From contig CAWJKZ010000013.1 in assembly GCA_963843575.1 (NCBI GenBank), forward strand, positions 352,001 to 416,000: DNA of 64,000 nucleotides. Reading direction: 5' to 3'. The DNA comes from an uncultured Acidobacteriota bacterium (GTDB lineage: Bacteria > Acidobacteriota > UBA6911). Positions 28,883-38,733 of the stretch are shown in pieces. The notes beneath the pieces are model-generated. The model was not told the origin of the DNA and made no database searches. It worked only from the letters and a program-made list of their open reading frames with translations. Position numbers and translations under genes: made by a program. Within the stretch, counting starts at the first letter, position 1; the number at the start of each line of letters is the position of its first letter.

Positions 28883-31800
28883 ATGAAGCGCTTTGTTTCA
28901 ACCAGAGGCTGGGTTGTGTTCCTGGCCGTTCTACTGCTGCCGGCCATGATGCTGGGGCAGGAAGTGACCGGCAGCATCGCCGGCACCGTGCTCGACTCGA
29001 GCGGTGCGGCGCTGCCGGGTGCAAGTCTTGAGGTCGTCGGGCCGAACTTGCGTGCGCCCCCTCACGTCGACCAGCGACTCTACGGGCAACTACACGTTCC
29101 CGTCGGTACCGGCCGGAACCTACACTGTGACCGCTACGGCGAGCGGTTTCACCTCAATGAAGCAGACCGGGATCAACGTCGTCCTCGGCCGCACTGCCCG
29201 CCTTGAGTTCAAGCTCACGGTCGGCGCAGTGGCGGAGACCGTCACCGTGACGGGCGACGCCGTGATGGTCGACACCTCGTCCAGCGCCTCGGCCGTGACC
29301 GTGGACAGGATGTTCTTCGACCAGCTCCCGAAGGGTCGTGGGTTTTACGACCTGATCAACCTCGCGCCCGGCGCGCGCAACGAGAGCAAGACCGGCGGAT
29401 ATCAGGTTGACGGAGCCTCGGGTTCCGAGAACACGTACTACCTCGACGGGATGGAAGTTACCAACGTCCAGACCGGCATCCTGAACACCCAAAACCGTAT
29501 CCCGGTCGAGGCGGTTCAGCAGGTCCAGGTCAAAAACGGCGTCATGGATGCCCAGTGGGGAGGCGCCATGGGCGGCGTGGTCAACGCCGTCATCCGCAAC
29601 GGCACGAACTCGTTTCACGGCCAGGCGGGCTTCTATTTCGACAACGACGCGATGTCGGCGAATCTGCGGCCTACTCTGGAAACGATTGATATTACCGATG
29701 AGAACCGCTCGCGTTTGCGGTATTTCCAGAACAAAATGGACGACTATTCCAACTGGAACCCGGTGTTTAACATCGGCGGCCCGATCCTGAAGGATAAATT
29801 GTTCTTCTTCACCGGCTTCATGCCGACCAGAAAAACCGCCAGCCGCACCCTGACGTTTACCAACAACCAGACCGGGACGTACGCCCAGAAGGACGTCCAG
29901 CACTACGTCGTCAACAAACTGGATTATGCCCCGATTACCAAGATCCGGACGAGCATGAGCTGGATCTGGAACCCGGGCTACCAGCAAGGCACCCTGCCGG
30001 CGCGCAACGGCACGGACTCCCCGGCCAGGGACTGGGCCGCGCTCGGCAACTACTCGGCCGGCAACATCCTGTCCGGCCAGCTGGACTACATCGCCTCCAA
30101 CCGGCTGCTCTTCAGCTTCCGCGGCGGTTACCATTTCAGCAATTACAAGAACGGTTACGGCCTTTCCAGCCTGACCCACATCTACAGCACGGCGAACACG
30201 ATGTTCACCGATCTGCCGTCGAGTGTGCCTACTCAGACCGCGACCGGCTGGGTTCAGCAGGGGACGGCCCAGACGCAATTCGATGTTTACCAGCGCGTCA
30301 ACCTGAGCGCGGACGGTTCGTACACCGCCGAACCTCAAGGGTCAGCACAACCTCAAGTTCGGCTGGACGACAAACCGTTTGTCCAATAACGTCAACCGCC
30401 TCGACTATCCCTACGGTTACTACCGGTTCTACTGGAACCAGAGCTACACCTGCGTCACCAGCCAGTGCAACGGCAAGCAGCGGGGCACCTATGGTTACTA
30501 TCGCTGGTACACCTATGGCACGCTCGGCGATGCCTCCAGCGACAACCAGGGCCTTTACTTCCAGGACAGCTGGCGCGTGAACCGGCACCTCACCCTGAAC
30601 CTCGGGCTGCGCGCCGAGCGCGAGTTCCTCCCGAGTTTCTCTAAAGAAGGGATCGCGGCCGCGCCCCCCATCGAGTTCGGCTGGGGCAAGAAGATCAGCC
30701 CCCGCGTCGGCTTTGCGTGGGACCCGCAGGGTAACGGCAAGATGCGCCTCTATGGGTCGTACGGTGAGTTTTATGATGTCATGAAGTACGAAATGCCCCG
30801 CGGCTCGTTCGGCGGCGACATCTACCTCACCTACTACTATGCTCTCGACGATCCGACGCTCTTCAACACCCTGAGGACCTACGGCTACCCGTCCGATCCT
30901 TCCAAGCTCCCCGGCCGCTTCTTCGAAGGGATCAACTGGCGCATTCCGTCCAACGACCCGAACGACAGCACGGTCGATCCGAAATTGAAGCCGATGAAGC
31001 AGCGGATGCTCGATCTCGGATACGACTTCAGCATCAACCCGACGCTGGTCGCGTCGGTGCGCTACACTAACCGCCGTCTCATCCGGACGATTGAGGACGT
31101 CGGGACCCTTACCCCAGAAGGGCGAAATCTATTATATTGCGCAATCCGGGCGAAGGTCTGGTTGCCGATCCGGCCAACTGGGAGCCTGGTTTCCCGACCA
31201 CCCCGAAGGCGAAGCGTCACTACGACGCGGTCGAGGTTCGCCTTGACCAGCGCTTTGCGCGGAATTACCAGTTCGCGGCCTCCTACACCTACTCCCGTCA
31301 GACCGGCAATTACTCCGGCCTGGCGAGTTCGGATGAGAACGGGCGCACCAGCCCGAACGTGAACCGGTACTTCGACGTGCCGTGGCTCGCCTACACCGAA
31401 AAGGGAGTGATGGCCGATGGCGTGCTCGCGACCGATCGCCCCCACACCTTGAAGTTCTTCGGCGCCTACACCCTGAAGAACAAGCTGGGAGGCACGACGT
31501 TCTCCCCGAACTTCTCGCTGTACTCGGGCATACCGCTCACGACCGAGATCAATGCGGTCTCGTCGACGCCGGTTTACCCCTATGGCCGCGGCGATCTGGG
31601 CCGCACACCGGTCTACTTCAACACCGACTTCAACGTGATGCACGAATTCACCCCGTTCACAAACCACGAGGCGATGAGGCTGCGCGTTGAGCTCACGATC
31701 TTCAACCTGTTCAACACCAGCAAGGTAACCAACAAGAACACCGTCCTGCTACACGAGGACGACGGCCAGCTCACGTTCGACAACGACGCGGACATTTTCA

Positions 31801-31922
31801 AGGGGTTCAACACCAAGGCCCTCATGACTGCCCAGGAGCTTCGCGTGGCTCCGGCTTACAATATGCCCAGCGCCTTCCAGAGTCCTCGCAGCTTGCGTCT
31901 GCAGGTTGCCTTCTTCTTCTAA
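28883..31922 (+). CDS. TonB-dependent/Oar-like outer-membrane receptor, about three frameshifts
   Basis: AAGGAGG RBS; TGSIAGTVLDSSGAALPGA, DGASGSEN, GGVVNAV, YFQDSW, SPRVGFAWD; C-terminal Phe. Confidence 0.92.
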
Positions 31923-31947
31923 ACAGAGCGACAATTCGTGTCCAGCC

Positions 31948-31976
31948 AGGGCGGCCCTCCGGGGCCGCCCTTTTTT
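31948..31976 (+). terminator. Rho-independent terminator
   Basis: AGGGCGGCCC-TCCG-GGGCCGCCCT followed by a T tract. Confidence 0.9.
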
Positions 31977-31977
31977 A

Positions 31978-32009
31978 TGGAGTGCGGCGCCTCGGCGCCG
32001 CCTGGAGTG
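31978..32009. repeat. REP-A arm plus a truncated second TGGAGTG
   Basis: TGGAGTGCGGCGCCTCGGCGCCGCC-TGGAGTG running into TAGACT. Confidence 0.88.
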
Positions 32010-32022
32010 GTAGACTCTCCGC

Positions 32023-32268
32023 ATGAAGGCAACTACCATAAAACTAGGAGGGGAACTGCTTCAGGAGTTGGAACAGTCAAAGCCGGCAGGTAGCAGCGTC
32101 GCGGCGTTTGTCCGGGAAGTTCTTTGGAGAGATCTGAGGCGCCGGAAGCTCGCCGACGCGGCAACGGAGTACGAGACGTTTCTGGCGGAGAATCCGGAAG
32201 AGCAGGTCTGGATGCGGGAGTGGGATGAAATCGACCTTGCTGCCTCTCCCAAGCGGAATCGCCGATGA
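32023..32268 (+). CDS. Putative ribbon-helix-helix antitoxin
   Basis: MKATTIKL..ELLQEL...SVAAFVREVL, acidic tail; ATGA overlap with the toxin; TG-G-TAGACT 6 nt upstream. Confidence 0.8.
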   Translation: MKATTIKLGGELLQELEQSKPAGSSVAAFVREVLWRDLRRRKLADAATEYETFLAENPEEQVWMREWDEIDLAASPKRNRR

Positions 32269-32588
32269 AGAGGGGAACGATCTGCTGGGCGAGTCTCGAG
32301 CCGGTTTCTCCGCCGGAGCTGGGCAAGGCCCGGCCCGCGATCGTGATATCGAACTCGGACCAGAACATGGTTTTGCAGAGTGTAGTCGTGGTGCCGCTCT
32401 CGACCAAGGCGCCCGAGATCTGGCCCTTGCGCCTGCGTCTCGAGCTGCCCCGCGGGAAAACATCCTTCGCCGTGCTTCCGGGAATCCGACAGGTCAGCAA
32501 GGCACCGATCCAGGAGGTTGCCGGAATCCTCCGCCCCAACGACATGAGCCGTCTCGACCAGGCCGTCTCGCTGTACCTGAGCGATTGA
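32265..32588 (+). CDS. PemK/MazF-family toxin
   Basis: MKRGTICWASLEP...ELGKARPAIVISN..N.....VVVVPLST. Confidence 0.92.
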   Translation: MKRGTICWASLEPVSPPELGKARPAIVISNSDQNMVLQSVVVVPLSTKAPEIWPLRLRLELPRGKTSFAVLPGIRQVSKAPIQEVAGILRPNDMSRLDQAVSLYLSD

Positions 32589-32592
32589 AATT

Positions 32593-32708
32593 TGGAGTGC
32601 GGCGGCTCGACGCCGCTTTCGGGGGCTGCGCCTTGGCGCAGCCCTTCACCGCGCTGGAGTGCGGCGGCGAGCGCCGCGACCAAAGCGGCGTCGAGCCGCC
32701 GCACTCCA
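32593..32708. repeat. REP-A multi-arm element
   Basis: Two TGGAGTGCGGCGG arms, an internal GGGCTGCGCC-TT-GGCGCAGCCC hairpin, and a closing CGCCGCACTCCA. Confidence 0.92.
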
Positions 32709-32725
32709 CAGCGTACGGGAACAAT

Positions 32726-34069
32726 ATGAACGACAAGCTCTCGCCGCAGGAGATCTCCGACATTACCGCGAAGCACACCTATGGCACCTGGCGCTTCCAG
32801 AAGGGTTGGCATCCGCTCACCGTCGTGGATGCGGAAGGCTGCTATTTCGTCGACGGGTCGGGCAGGAAATACCTGGACCTGTCGGCCCAATTGATGTGCG
32901 TCACCCTGGGCCACAAGAACCCGGCCGTCATTCGTGCGATCGAGGAGCAGGCGCGTCGACTTCCCTACATCGCGCCCGGTTTCGCCACCGAGGTGCGCGC
33001 CACCCTGAGCCGGCTGCTGCTGGAGGTCCTGCCGAATGGCCTGGACAAGTTCTTCTTCACGACCTCGGGCACCGAGGCCAACGAAGCCGCGATAAAGATC
33101 GCCCGGATGTTCACCGGGAAAACCAAGATCATCGCGCGCTACCGGTCCTACCACGGCTCCACCATGGGCTCGATTGCGGCGACCGGGGATCCGCGCCGGT
33201 GGGCGATGGAGCCGGCGGGCAAGATCCCGGGGGTCATTTTTGCCCCGGAGGTGAACTGCCATGACTGCCCCCTCCTGCATCGCTATCCGGGGTGTGGCAT
33301 CGCCTGCGCCGAATACGTCCGGCACATGATCGAAAACGAAAGCGACGTCGCCGCCGTTCTTGTCGAACCCGTCGTCGGCACGAATGGCGTCCTGGTCCCT
33401 CCTGCGGAATACATGCCCCGGCTGCGGCGGATCTGCGACGATCACGGCGTTCTCCTGATCGCGGACGAGGTCATGAGCGGCTGGGGCAGGACGGGACGCT
33501 GGTTTGCCGTGGACCACTGGGATGTCCGGCCCGACATCCTGACCACCGCCAAGGGGATAACGACGGCATATGTCCCCCTGGGCCTGTGCGCGACCACGGG
33601 CCGCATCGCCGCCTACTTCGACGACCACTATTTCGCGCATGGCCACACCTATGAAGCGCACCCGTTGACGCTCGCTCCCGCGGTCGCCGCGATAGAGGAA
33701 ATGAAGCGGCTTGACCTGGTCCGCCGGGCTGAGGAGATGGGCAGCTACCTGGGGCAGAAGCTATTGGCCCTTAAGGAAAGACACCCGTCGGTAGGGGACG
33801 TGCGCGGTCTGGGTATGTTCTGGGCCGTCGAATTGGCGCGGAACCGCGACGGAGAACCTTTCAACACCATGGCCGACAAGGTTGGGGGCAAGGCCCTGGT
33901 GGTGGATAAGGTCGCTGCCGAGATGATGCGGAACGCCGTCTTCGTGCAGGCGTGGATCAACCACCTGGTGATCGCGCCTCCGCTGATCATTACCGGCGAG
34001 GAAATAGATGCGGCAGTGGCGGTATTGGACCGTGCTTTGGTGATCGCGGACGCGGAAGTAGAAGCCTGA
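32726..34069 (+). CDS. Class III PLP aminotransferase (omega-amino acid/taurine-pyruvate-like)
   Basis: SGTEANEAA, SYHGST, LLIADEVMSGWGRTG, AKG, HGHTY motifs. Confidence 0.93.
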   Translation: MNDKLSPQEISDITAKHTYGTWRFQKGWHPLTVVDAEGCYFVDGSGRKYLDLSAQLMCVTLGHKNPAVIRAIEEQARRLPYIAPGFATEVRATLSRLLLEVLPNGLDKFFFTTSGTEANEAAIKIARMFTGKTKIIARYRSYHGSTMGSIAATGDPRRWAMEPAGKIPGVIFAPEVNCHDCPLLHRYPGCGIACAEYVRHMIENESDVAAVLVEPVVGTNGVLVPPAEYMPRLRRICDDHGVLLIADEVMSGWGRTGRWFAVDHWDVRPDILTTAKGITTAYVPLGLCATTGRIAAYFDDHYFAHGHTYEAHPLTLAPAVAAIEEMKRLDLVRRAEEMGSYLGQKLLALKERHPSVGDVRGLGMFWAVELARNRDGEPFNTMADKVGGKALVVDKVAAEMMRNAVFVQAWINHLVIAPPLIITGEEIDAAVAVLDRALVIADAEVEA

Positions 34070-34070
34070 T

Positions 34071-34120
34071 GTCGGCGCCCAGGCGCCGACCACAAAGCGG
34101 CGTCGAGCCGCCGCACTCCA
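34071..34120. repeat. REP-A element
   Basis: GTCGGCGCCCAGGCGCCGAC-CAC-AAAGCGGCGTCGAGCCGCCGCACTCCA, followed by TG-G-TATAGT. Confidence 0.92.
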
Positions 34121-34155
34121 GATGGTATAGTGGGCGGACATCAAGGAGGGGAATT

Positions 34156-35265
34156 ATGCGCGCGCTCGTCTGCGGTCTGCTGGTCGCTGTCTGCGGTTTC
34201 TCGCAATCCCAGGAGAAAAAACCGGTCGAAAAGTACGGCGTCACCGTCGTCGGTGGCCCGATGGACTCGATCCTCCTGAAGGACTACACCCCGGCCTCGT
34301 CCCTGAAGGTCCCTGCGACGCAGGTGGCGAAGGCGCGGGTCCCCGCCGTCGACGTCCACGCCCACGTCAATGCCGAGACCCCCGCCGAGGTTGCCGCGTG
34401 GGTGCGGGTCATGGACGAGGTGGGCATCCGCAAGACCGTCATCCTGACCGGCGCCACCGGGGCCGAGTTCGACAAGCTCGTCGATCTCTATCTCAAGCCC
34501 TACCCCGATCGCTTCCAGCTGTTCTGCGGTCTGGACACCTCGAAAAGCGACGCCGCGGACTACCCGCAGCGGGTCGTCCGTGAGCTCGTGCGCTGCGTTT
34601 CCAAGGGGGCCAAGGGAGTGGGCGAGCTCTCCGACAAGGGATGGGGTTTCGGCGGCAGTGCCGCGTCGGCCCCGCCGCGCAACCGGAGGCTGCACCCCGA
34701 CGACGCGCGCCTCGACCCCTTCTTCGAGAAGTGCGCCGAGCTGGGCCTCCCCATAAACCTGCACATCGCGGACCACCCGTCCTGCTGGCAGCCGCTCGGC
34801 CCGCGCCAGGAACGCACCCCGGACTTTCAGGGCTTCAATCAGTATGGGAAAGACGTCCCCTCGTTCGACGAGCTCCTCGCCACGCGCGACCGCATGCTCG
34901 CCAAACACCCGAAGACCCGCGTCATCGCCTGCCACTTCAGCAACCAGGGGCACGACATGGCGGCGCTCGCCAAGGTGCTCGACCGCTTCCCGAACCTCTA
35001 CCTGGACCTCTCGGCGCGCGACTACGAGATTGGCAGGGCTCCGCGCACCTCAGCGAAGTTCCTGGCCCGCTACAAGGACCGGGTTCTGTTTGGCACCGAC
35101 ATGGGACGGGACAAGGAGATGTACCAGGCCTGGTGGCGGCTGCTGGAAACCGCCGACGAGTTCATCCCGGGCCGGATCTGGTGGCGCTACTACGGCCTCG
35201 AGCTCCCCGCCCCGGTGCTGGAGAGCATCTACAGCGCCAACGCCGCGAAGATCCTGAAAGACTAA
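34156..35265 (+). CDS. Secreted amidohydrolase_2 family protein
   Basis: AGGAGG RBS; VDVHAH, GVGEL, LHIAD, DRVLFGTD. Confidence 0.9.
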   Translation: MRALVCGLLVAVCGFSQSQEKKPVEKYGVTVVGGPMDSILLKDYTPASSLKVPATQVAKARVPAVDVHAHVNAETPAEVAAWVRVMDEVGIRKTVILTGATGAEFDKLVDLYLKPYPDRFQLFCGLDTSKSDAADYPQRVVRELVRCVSKGAKGVGELSDKGWGFGGSAASAPPRNRRLHPDDARLDPFFEKCAELGLPINLHIADHPSCWQPLGPRQERTPDFQGFNQYGKDVPSFDELLATRDRMLAKHPKTRVIACHFSNQGHDMAALAKVLDRFPNLYLDLSARDYEIGRAPRTSAKFLARYKDRVLFGTDMGRDKEMYQAWWRLLETADEFIPGRIWWRYYGLELPAPVLESIYSANAAKILKD

Positions 35266-35267
35266 TC

Positions 35268-35378
35268 TGGAGTGCGGTGCCTCGGCACCGCTGTCGCGGT
35301 TGTACCGGACCGGCGAGTGGGAGCCCAGGGTCGGCGCCTAGGCGCCGACCCCAAAGCGGCGTCCAGCCGCCGCACTCC
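35268..35378. repeat. REP-A doublet between convergent genes
   Basis: TGGAGTGCGGTGCCTCGGCACCGC ... GGGTCGGCGCCTAGGCGCCGACCC-AAAGCGGCGTCCAGCCGCCGCACTCCA. Confidence 0.93.
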
Positions 35379-36246
35379 ACAGCCGGCAGTTCTCCTTCAC
35401 CTGCTCTTTGTATTTCGGGAACATGCCGATCACGAAACAGTCCTGCGGCTTGGCGTAGCTCATCGCGAGCTCCAGGGCAGCGAGCATGCGCGCGGGCGAA
35501 TCGCAGTGGCGCGTCGCCCCGTACACTTTGAAGATCAGACACGTCTTCCTGGTCTTGCGCACCCGTGCGAGCATCTGCTCCCGGTCCGGGTCCCAGAACA
35601 GCTCGTCGGGCACGGGCCGCCCCGCGAGCTTTTCCGCCTCCTCGCGCGTCCGGCTCAGGTTGTACAGGCACGTCATGTAGAAATCGAGGTCCCACCCCTT
35701 GGACTCGACGTAGTCGACCACCTCCGGGATGTGGGTCCCCAGGCCGACCTGGCAGCCGGTCTGGCGGATCACCTTGAGCATCTCGTACGCCTCGTCGATC
35801 TTTCCCGCCGCCCACAGCTTGTCGGTCTGGCTCCCGTGGTGATAGATCCCCAGCGGCTTCATGTCGGCCATCGCGCCGATGTTCCTGGGGACGTCGGCCA
35901 TCTCCGACGCCGTCTGGCCGATCCACTGGATCTGCCCTCCCTCGAGGCGGTACTCGTTGAGCAGGCGAATGATGTGACGGTCGCCCCGCGACTGCCACGT
36001 GTTGATCCCGGCCGCCTCGCAGGCGCGCAGGAGCTGTTTGACTCTTTCGGCGGTGAAGTAGTCCACCATCTCCCGGCTGAGTTGCGGCGACAGGTGAGAC
36101 GTCCCGCTGACCGGGTTTCCCCCGACGATCAGCCGGGAAATACGGTGCTTACCGAAACTGACCTGGGGGAAGCTCCCGCCTTGGGGATAGGCCGCCCCAG
36201 CGGCGGCCGCGGCGACGGTAGAGAGGAGAAGTTCGCGTCGATTCAT
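35338..36246 (-). CDS. Tat-exported aldo/keto-reductase-like protein
   Basis: MNRRELL Tat motif; ISRLIVGGNP, AGINT, GLGTH.PE, FKVYGA. Confidence 0.75.
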   Translation of the reverse strand: MNRRELLLSTVAAAAAGAAYPQGGSFPQVSFGKHRISRLIVGGNPVSGTSHLSPQLSREMVDYFTAERVKQLLRACEAAGINTWQSRGDRHIIRLLNEYRLEGGQIQWIGQTASEMADVPRNIGAMADMKPLGIYHHGSQTDKLWAAGKIDEAYEMLKVIRQTGCQVGLGTHIPEVVDYVESKGWDLDFYMTCLYNLSRTREEAEKLAGRPVPDELFWDPDREQMLARVRKTRKTCLIFKVYGATRHCDSPARMLAALELAMSYAKPQDCFVIGMFPKYKEQVKENCRLWSAAAGRRFGVGA

Positions 36247-36279
36247 ATGCTATCCTTATCACCTTATCCTGGAGGATGA

Positions 36280-36477
36280 ATGCAAAATCCGCCGAACAAA
36301 AAGTGCATCGCGTGCGAACGCGGGGCCGATCAGGTGCCGCTGATCGCCCTCGAATACCGGAACTCGACATTTCACATATGCCCGCAGCACCTGCCGTTTT
36401 TGATCCACGACCCGGCGCAGCTGATCGGCAAACTCCCCGGCGCGGAAAACCTGAAGCCGTCCGAAATCCACGACTGA
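36280..36477 (+). CDS. Small putative zinc-binding protein (CxxC...CxxH)
   Basis: GGAGG RBS; CIAC...VPL...ICPQHLP.LIH.P; 65 aa. Confidence 0.75.
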   Translation: MQNPPNKKCIACERGADQVPLIALEYRNSTFHICPQHLPFLIHDPAQLIGKLPGAENLKPSEIHD

Positions 36478-36485
36478 AAAACAAC

Positions 36486-36585
36486 AACTTGTCACGGAAG
36501 ACACGGAAAAAAACGGAAGACACCGTCCTAAGACTTCAAGTATTTCCGTGTTTTCCGCCGTTTTCCGTGTCCTCCGTGACAAGTT
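36486..36585. repeat. Repeat family E (CACGGAA/TTCCGTG-unit inverted repeat)
   Basis: AACTTGTCACGGAAGACACGGAAAA ... TTTTCCGTGTCCTCCGTGACAAGTT between convergent genes. Confidence 0.88.
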
Positions 36586-37837
36586 TTTTTAGAGTTGCCG
36601 GGAGAGCACAGTCCCTCGCGGCGTGCCGGACGCGGTCGTGCTTGTCCCAGGCGCCGCGGTCCACGAGTACAAAGAACTTCCACAGCGCCTTGTGTTTCTC
36701 CTTGAGCACCCGGATCTCCTCGTTGTTGCTCCCCGACAGCGGCACCGTCCTGCCCCCCTCGAGCCGCACGGGCACCTCCGCCTCCGGCAGCGACATCGAC
36801 GCGGACGGGCAGTAGATGATGACGTCGCGCGGATCGAGCCCGGCGGCCGCGGCGATCTGCCGTTCCGCGTCCTCGCGCCGGCCCGCGCTGTCGTGAAACC
36901 GCGCGACCAGTTCCTGTTCGCGCGCCTCCCCGGCCTCGACGGTCTCGACGAAGCACGCCTTGTAGATCCTGCGCTCCTCCAGGCGGGCGACGAGGTGAGC
37001 GACGGCCGGGTTGCGCCCGTAGCGCTCGCGCAGCAGCCACAGGAGCGTCTCGTCCCTCAGGGTCCAGAGAGCGCGCACCTCCATCCCGTCGCGCAGCGCC
37101 AGTTCGACCGCCTTGGAGATCATCGCGCCCGAAGCGATCTTCGAGTGGTGGAAATAGACTCTCTCGGAGAGCGTGTACCGCAGGCGCAGCAGGTTCACCA
37201 GTTCCGACAGCGCGTCGCGGCGCAGCACACCGTTCTTCTCGAGGTTGACGACCAGGCGCCCGTCCTGCACCGTGAAGGACCGGAAGATGCGCGGGTCGTA
37301 GTTCTGCGACAGCCCGGTGAAATACGTGTCGCGCCGCAGATAGTCGAGCAGGTCCGCGGTGATCGGCCCCGTGATCATGTCGGAAGCGAAGCCTGCCTTG
37401 CCGTCCAGTATGCGGATGACCTCGCCATGGATTCCCGCGGCGCGCAGGCGTTCGGCAAGCCGGGAATCCAGGAGGAAGTGACGCCGGCGCGCCTCGTCGC
37501 GGTCGTGCCGCGGCAGCACGCGCCGCTCGTCCTCCAGGGTGTGGCCGAACGGGATGTGGGTGACGTCGTGCAGCAGCGCCGCGGCCCGGATGACGGTTTC
37601 GGTCTCGGCGGTCACCTCGCACGTGTGCCGCAAGGCCTCGATCATCCGGCGTGCCATCCAGCAGGTGCCCAGCGAGTGTTCGAAACGCGTGTGCACCGCC
37701 GAAGGGTAGACCAGGTGCGCCGTGCCGAGCTGTCGTATCCCGCGCAGCCGCTGAAACTCCGGCGTGTCGATCAGCTCAACCTCGAGCGCGCTGAGCTCGA
37801 TGTCGCCGTGCACCGCGTCCCGAATAAGCTTCCGCAT
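36536..37837 (-). CDS. HD-domain phosphohydrolase (SAMHD1/COG1078-like dNTPase)
   Basis: IRDAVHGDI, FQRLRGIRQLG, HTRFEHSLG, LLHD, DLLDYLRRD, VYFHH; TG-C-TATAAG 6 nt before the ATG. Confidence 0.92.
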   Translation of the reverse strand: MRKLIRDAVHGDIELSALEVELIDTPEFQRLRGIRQLGTAHLVYPSAVHTRFEHSLGTCWMARRMIEALRHTCEVTAETETVIRAAALLHDVTHIPFGHTLEDERRVLPRHDRDEARRRHFLLDSRLAERLRAAGIHGEVIRILDGKAGFASDMITGPITADLLDYLRRDTYFTGLSQNYDPRIFRSFTVQDGRLVVNLEKNGVLRRDALSELVNLLRLRYTLSERVYFHHSKIASGAMISKAVELALRDGMEVRALWTLRDETLLWLLRERYGRNPAVAHLVARLEERRIYKACFVETVEAGEAREQELVARFHDSAGRREDAERQIAAAAGLDPRDVIIYCPSASMSLPEAEVPVRLEGGRTVPLSGSNNEEIRVLKEKHKALWKFFVLVDRGAWDKHDRVRHAARDCALPATLKKLVTEDTENGGKHGNT

Positions 37838-37852
37838 GCCGCTCTTATAGCA

Positions 37853-37988
37853 TGGAGTGCAGCGCCTCGGCGCCGCTTTCCCGTGCGTCCCGGGTCCACA
37901 ATGCCCGGCGCCTCGGCGCCAGCCTCAAAGCCGCGTCGAGCCGGCCGCGGCCCACTTCCTGCCTCGCTTTGATCCGGACTGTGGTATG
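37853..37988. repeat. REP-A element merging into the left copy (37930-37988) of a 59-bp direct repeat
   Basis: TGGAGTGCAGCGCCTCGGCGCCGCTTT ... AAAGCCGCGTCGAGCCGGCCGCGGCCCACTTCCTGCCTCGCTTTGATCCGGACTGTGGTATG. Confidence 0.88.
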
Positions 37989-37996
37989 CCCCATCC

Positions 37997-38413
37997 TCAG
38001 GCCCGAGGCCGCGCCGACAGGTATGCCGCGGGGGACAACGCGTGTTCGGGGAACGCCTGGAGAACCTGCTTGTCAAGGGTGATCAGGCGAATGCCGAGTT
38101 GTTCCGCGAGCGCCACGAATTCGCAATCGTAAGCGCTGCAGCCGCTCTCGCGCGCCAGCCGTAAAATCGGCAGGGTCGGGAGGGAATACTCGTTGTCGGC
38201 GACCAGTTCCTCCGCGGCCTGCATCACCTCGAGGGCAAACGAGAGGTCGAATCTTCGGGTCCGCATTCCGGTCGCGAGGACATTTCTGAGTTCGCTGCGC
38301 CACAACCAAGGGACTGCCCACTGGGCGTCCTTCTTCAGAACCTGCTCCGCGCTGTCCGTCGCTTCGCTCGGCAGGAAGAGCGAGGCGATCAGGTTGGTGT
38401 CGACGACGATCAC
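37997..38413 (-). CDS. vapC: PIN-domain (VapC) toxin
   Basis: MIVVDTN, WRSELRNVL, SAYDCEFVALA, LITLD. Confidence 0.93.
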   Translation of the reverse strand: MIVVDTNLIASLFLPSEATDSAEQVLKKDAQWAVPWLWRSELRNVLATGMRTRRFDLSFALEVMQAAEELVADNEYSLPTLPILRLARESGCSAYDCEFVALAEQLGIRLITLDKQVLQAFPEHALSPAAYLSARPRA

Positions 38414-38649
38414 CGCCGCCCCTTCCGTCGCGCCTGATCGAGTTCTTCGAGGGTGAAACGGGTTCGCGTGCGCGCCCGCAACATTTGTGCGTTCGCCAGG
38501 ATTTCGCGGGCGCTTCGTCGCCTCGGCAGAAGGCTCCTCTCCAGGCAGACGATGATCTCGCTGTTGATGCTGCGCTTGTGCGCGTCCGCCGATGCCTTAA
38601 TCCTGTCGTAGAGACGCTCGGGGATGCTTTTCAGGGTTATGTTTGCCAC
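38410..38649 (-). CDS. Arc/FitA-like ribbon-helix-helix antitoxin
   Basis: GGAGG RBS, GTG start; ANITLKSIPERLYDRIKASA..HKRSINSEII; GTGA overlap with vapC. Confidence 0.9.
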   Translation of the reverse strand: MANITLKSIPERLYDRIKASADAHKRSINSEIIVCLERSLLPRRRSAREILANAQMLRARTRTRFTLEELDQARRKGRR

Positions 38650-38661
38650 GATCCCTCCGTG

Positions 38662-38685
38662 AACCATTATGATACCACAATGGTT
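38662..38685 (-). promoter_or_regulatory. Probable TA autoregulatory operator overlapping the -10 box
   Basis: Inverted repeat AACCATT-N10-AATGGTT enclosing TG-G-TATCAT on the minus strand; a perfect GC hairpin follows at 38692-38716. Confidence 0.7.
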
Positions 38686-38733
38686 ACCCGTGGGCCGGGT
38701 CGGCCCGACCCGGCCCTGAGCGAAGTCCCAGGG

